A stretch of DNA of 64,000 nt from Rhizodiscina lignyota (lineage: Eukaryota). The stretch covers positions 2,418,001 through 2,482,000 of the forward strand of contig ML978123.1 of assembly GCA_010015805.1 (NCBI GenBank), in the 5' to 3' direction. The position numbers and the translations under genes were made by a program. Below are positions 59,201 to 64,000 of this stretch, in pieces. Numbering within the stretch: the stretch's first letter is position 1; every line of letters starts with the position of its first letter. The notes under the pieces are model-generated. The model saw nothing but the letters and a program-made list of their open reading frames with translations, did not search any database and was not told the DNA's origin.

Positions 59201-62200
59201 TTGAAGCTTTACCCGCGCCAGATGGAATGGATATGGCGAGCTTGAAGGAGGAGCTGGAGCATCTTCGTACCACATTGGGCAGTTCGATGATTCGCTCTGG
59301 AGGTGCGGATAAAGATGAAATCATTGAAGCCGTCCGCGAAGCCGTAGAGGCTATTCGTCCCCAAGCCGTTCCCGAGCGCAGTGCGGAGGAGATGGAAACT
59401 CTGCAGGCTATTCAAGACGACATCACACGCTTGCGAGAATCATTCAGCTCTGGACTCGTTCCATCCAATCCCAGCCCTGATAAAGAGGAGCTGATTCAGG
59501 TGCTCAAACAAGGTCTGGACGAGATTCGAGCCACTGCAGGCAACGGCGGACTCAATGGCGCATTCATAGAGGCTCTCCAAGGGCAGTTCGACCAACTCCG
59601 ACAAACCATTGCAAATACCGGCGCATCTCGCGCGGACGGTACCGAGGAGATTCTTGATACTGTGCGCCTCGGCCTTGACGATCTTCAATCCCATATGGAC
59701 AAGAAGCTCGAGAACCGGGACGGTCAAATGTCTGCGACCGGCGAATTTCTAGATGCGCTCAACGAGGGCCTGGAGAATCTTAGAGCCGACCTGCTGAAGA
59801 CAGTTGACAAGCCCGTCGATATGACTGTGTCATATGAGATCCTAGACACGTTGAAGAGCGGCATTGCAGAGCTGCGAGCTGAAATGGACAAACTCAAAGG
59901 CAGAGGCGATCTCAAGGACACCAATCGTCCTGGCAATGAGATTGTGCTTGCTGATGCCAGTGATGTTGGTCTTTCCCGTGACATCCAAGACGTTCCAGAG
60001 ACGGCTATGACGACAGATGTGCTTCGCCGCAACGACTTGGAAAAGGTGGAGGTCATGCTAGCGCAGCTTCAAATCAAAGTTGAAGCTATGGATGCCAATA
60101 TTCAAAGCACGCCTATTCCGCCACCTGCAGCAGAGCGAGAGATACCAATAGAACCAAGAGAGCCCGCAGAGCCGGCTCCTGGAACCGTTACGAAGGACGA
60201 TCTAGCCTCCATTGAGGACATCCTGAGGGATCTTCAAGCGATGGTCAGTGTCGTTGCCACTCGGGAAGACCCTGAGGGTGTGGCAAAGAAGGAGGACACC
60301 GACGCAATTGAGACTCTGCTCAGGAATACGAAGGCTCAAATAGAAGACAGCTTCCCCAACCCCGAAACTGCGGTTACAAAAGAGGGGATTGATGCCATCG
60401 AAACTATCGTTCGCAATACGAGCGACAGGCTAGAATCCATTAACACTACCATCGAAGAGCTACCCTCGAAAACCGATGTGACAGTCGTCGAAGTTCTAGT
60501 CCATGACATAAAGAAGCTTGCAGAGGACATGAAAGAAAAACTGGAAGCAGTCGACAACAGCGATGAGAAAATCCAGAAGAAGGATATCGACTTGGTTGGC
60601 GAGACGTGCATGGAGATCAGGAACAAGCTCGCGGATATCCTCCCTGCCGATAGCTCAGTCGCAACAAAGGATGCCGTCGAGCAGCTTACCGGCCTCCTGA
60701 ACGACTTCCGTGAGAGTCATGACAAGATGAGAGACACGTATGAGAATGATCTCGGTGTCACTGCTCAGGCCTTTGACGACCGCAAGAAGGAAGCCGAGGA
60801 AGTGATGCTGTCCATCACAGCGGTCAAAATATTCTTGGAGGAAGTCAAGGAAGAGCTGAAAGCAAAGGTCGAGGAAGGAAGTGAAGGCGTCAACGGTCTT
60901 TCCGAGGCTGTCAAAAATCTCGAGTCGACTATGGTTGTTGGAATTGGCCCAGTTTCTGACGACGTGAAAGCCCTTGTCGAGACTGTGAATAACGAATTCG
61001 AAAAGGCCAACAGCTCGATTCAATTCCTCAAGGAACATCAGGAAGAAAAGGCTGCCATTCATATCGAGAAGCTGGATGAACACAAGACGGCTGTCGTTTC
61101 TGAGTTCACTACCAAGCTGGATGAGCACTTTGCCACTCTCATGTCCAAATACGACGATGCGCAAGTCCAAATGGAAATCCAAGGCAGATCGATCGAAGAG
61201 AAAACTGCAGAGCAATCGGCCCTTCTAACGGGTACCAAAGAGATGGCAGAAGAACTTCGTCTGACCATTGATACGCTTGGCAGCGCCGTGACAAGTATGC
61301 AAGAGACGTTCAACGAGACTGCCCAGAAGCTGGGTGACGATTCTCCTTTCAAGACTCTGTTTGAGAAGATCGATGAGACGACTACGAAAATGGACGACGT
61401 CGCGACGGAAGTTAAAGTCGACGGCCAGCTCACGCGCGAAAGTCTTCAGGAGAGTCTTCGCGACGAGATTGCCAAGGCTGTTACTGCCGTCAACAGTTTG
61501 CAGGGAGAAGTCAACAATTTGCAGGGAGGAGTGGACAGCTTGCAGGGCGGAGTCAACAATTTGCAAGGAGAAGTCACGGAGTATCATCCGCAGTTTCTGG
61601 TCACTCTCCGCGAAATCCAGGCCCTCGTCAATCAGCATTATGAGCACTCGCAAAAGGCTCAAGAAGCAGCTGAAGAGGCTGCTAAAGCCGCTGCAGAAGA
61701 GTCGAGATCGCACGCGGAGGAAATCAAGAGCAGCTTTTCCGCTCTGCCCGCGCTGATGCCAGCACCTCCACCGCTCCCAGCGATAGAGCCGGTGGTGGTG
61801 GAGAAGTACAATGATGCCGAGATCCAGGAGAAACTCAACAGGCTCATGGAAATCGCAAGCGTTTCTCAGACTTCTGAAGTGCAGCTCCAACGTCTCGATA
61901 AGATTCACGAACAGGTCATGGCAAATGCTGCAGAGTTTTCGGCCTTTGTCGCCTCACAGACAAGACTGATTGAAGAAAACCATGAGAGCAGAGAGAAGGA
62001 GGCAGAAGAAGCGCGTCTTTTGCTGGAGCGCCGAGAGAAAGAGGCAGAAGAGATACGTCTTTTGCTTGAGCGCCGCCAGAGCGAGATGGAGCACCGCCAG
62101 AGCGAAAAGGAGCAGCTCGACAGCGAGATTCAGAATATGGCTTCCGACAAAGCATCCTTGGCGGAGGAGATCGAACACCTCCGTTATGATCGTGATGCCC

Positions 62201-63621
62201 TGCTAGCCCACAAGAGTCGCCTCGCTGCCGATGTCTCGTCCATTGAGACTGCTCTTCATATCCGACGTGAAGAGCTCCATACCATGGACGCCAAAGCCGA
62301 TGCATTGGAACGTCGCATCCTCAACGGCATCATGGACCACTCTCGGGCCCTACTCATGCAGCGATCCCTGAAGGCTCAAACAATCAAGGAAAGTCAGGGC
62401 CAGAGAGCGAGCATGCCACAGCGGAATATCAGCACTGCATCACACAGCACTATCTCATCGCTCCCACCGCCAAGCGCTGCTGTCCAAGGTCTCAGTATGG
62501 CTCTGAAGACTCGGCCCGGCGCGAAGCGCAATGGGCCAATGTACAGCGGCAATGGTGGTGGTGCCAATGACGGCCACACGGCTCGCCGTATCATGTCTCT
62601 GAGTCAAATTACTGGAAACGCTGTCAGCGGCGCAAAGCCGTACTATGGACAGAGCATAGCTCCCCAACAAGGAAACCTAAGCGGCGGTATGAAGCGGAGC
62701 CACTCGGTGAAAACTCAATGGCCAAGGAAACCTTCTTGGAACACTGAAAAGGCACCCAAGAGCCGAGTTGTGTCCGTTTCAGAGATTGAGGAGGACAAGG
62801 AGAACGCAGCTGAAGAAATGGATGCAGACGCGGATGCCACTGCCCTCGTTCTTGCGAATCCAGCACTTGCTCTTGTCCCACCGCCGGAGACCGAGCCAGA
62901 GACTGTTGAGGTCTACGCTGAAGCCGAGACAGAGCGTGAACTAGAGCAGTTTGATGAGGCTAGCGAGGCAGGCACGGAACGGCACACCAACCATGACGAC
63001 GAGACGATAACCGAACTTGAGACCGAGAGCGCTTATCCCGCGTCTACTATGGACCATACTGAGGCAGAGCGTAGCGAGGCAGAGACGCCAAGTGAGGATC
63101 GGCGGTCGAGCTACGGCACTGTAGTCACTGGCTCGAGAGAGTCGGACGTCTCGTACAGCACTGGTTCATACTTTACGGAGACTGAGACGGAAACAGAGCG
63201 AGCCAGCTCTGTTCTGGGTGCAGTCACCGCACAGCATGACGAGGATGAAGAGGACGAGAGCGAAGGCAGCGAAGGCAGCGAGGAAGGGAGCGCGGACGGG
63301 TCGGACGGCGAAGGGTCCGAGGTCAGTGAAGATGCAGAGACTGAAGGACACACGCATGAGGATCATGAGCACGCGGAAGTGGAGAGTGCTATGAGCGGAG
63401 AAGAATCGCATCTTACGGAAACGGAGACTCATGTCGAGGCGGCTCCGAGCGCGGGTGGTGAGCACCAGCACACGAAGGAGTTCATGATCTTCAATACTCC
63501 TGCTCCTAGCGATAGCGGCCTGGGCTCGGACCTGCCGACGGCAGCAATGATGAGTGGTTCAGAGACTGATTACTTTAGGCGTGCAGCGGAGGACGCTACG
63601 TCGGCGTTGTCGGGCAAGTAG
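56245..63621 (+). CDS. Very large (~2,430 aa) fungal coiled-coil protein (intron 56352-56444)
   Basis: A short first exon (MPSVDRE…AIPM) splices in frame to WDSSDPDRAPPPLPLNP. It is followed by a 7.2-kb open exon with extensive heptad/helical repeats and an acidic tail. Confidence 0.85.
61489..61575. repeat. Coding 21-bp heptad repeat x4 (VNSLQGE/VNNLQGG)
   Basis: GTCAACA(G/A)TTTGCAGGGAG(A/G)A-like units in tandem. Confidence 0.85.
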
Positions 63622-63845
63622 GTTGATGGTATTGTTTGTGCTATCCTTCTTTTACTGGTTGAATGTACATTCTTCTGCCGAGTGATCGGTCGAGTATGAT
63701 TTGGACGTTTCCCCTTCTGGATCAACCTGCTCCCGTCAGGGTGCCTGTTGGTCAAATGATAACGATGCTTAACAATAGCAAAATTGTAGCTCTCATTTCA
63801 GGGGACAAGATTAGTGGATCACAGTGTCTGTCTCATTTCATCATG

Positions 63846-64000
63846 CTACTGGAAATACGGCCCACACATCGCCTCGAAATTCTTCACGTCTCCGTTGTGC
63901 GCGACGATGCCATGATCTCCAAATTTCCTTACCATGTCATTGCTCTTTGTGAATTGGGCCCAATTCTGCGAGGCAAGGCCGCCGTGCGGATCGTTCACGA
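63846..64000 (-). CDS. Possible 3' end of a gene entering from beyond the window
   Basis: Open frame from the window edge: VNDPHGGLASQNWAQFTKSNDMVRKFGDHGIVAHNGDVKNFEAMCGPYFQ*. Confidence 0.35.
   Translation of the reverse strand, partial: VNDPHGGLASQNWAQFTKSNDMVRKFGDHGIVAHNGDVKNFEAMCGPYFQ

Noticed and set aside
17523..63621. Numerous overlapping antisense and alternate-frame ORFs within RQC2, KAR9, the PH protein, PAC2, SOF1 and the coiled-coil gene
   Set aside because: Shadow ORFs expected from GC-rich codon usage; no recognisable motifs.

Overview
Fungal (filamentous ascomycete, Pezizomycotina-type) nuclear DNA with short GT-AG introns and CTRAY branch sites. It has two parts. (1) Bases 1-~11,400 are an accessory, partly RIP-like degenerate block. 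It holds pseudogene remnants, degenerate tandem repeats and three co-oriented minus-strand orphan genes: a 4-exon 787-aa GIY-YIG-nuclease-like/Zn2Cys6-like protein, a helical-acidic protein with a truncated second copy, and a CCHC zinc-knuckle protein. It also holds a tRNA-Ile(UAU) gene. (2) Bases ~11,500-64,000 are ordinary core genes: HAD hydrolase, RPL18, ADE2, RET3, RQC2, KAR9, acylphosphatase, mitochondrial SHMT, CNS1, a Num1/Mcp5-type PH protein, cytochrome b5, Pac2, SOF1 and a giant coiled-coil protein. The standout observation is the tRNA-Ile(UAU) gene at 10337-10486. It forms a perfect 7-bp acceptor stem only if a 50-nt segment with spliceosomal signals (GTGAGC...GCTAAT...CCAG) is removed between tRNA nucleotides 6 and 7. 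It also carries a canonical 28-nt anticodon-loop intron, so it apparently needs both the spliceosome and the tRNA splicing endonuclease. An inverted, promoter-less partial copy of this gene, including most of the 50-nt intron, lies at 1737-1810, so the two copies bracket the orphan-gene island. All calls are from reading the sequence; no database searches were run.
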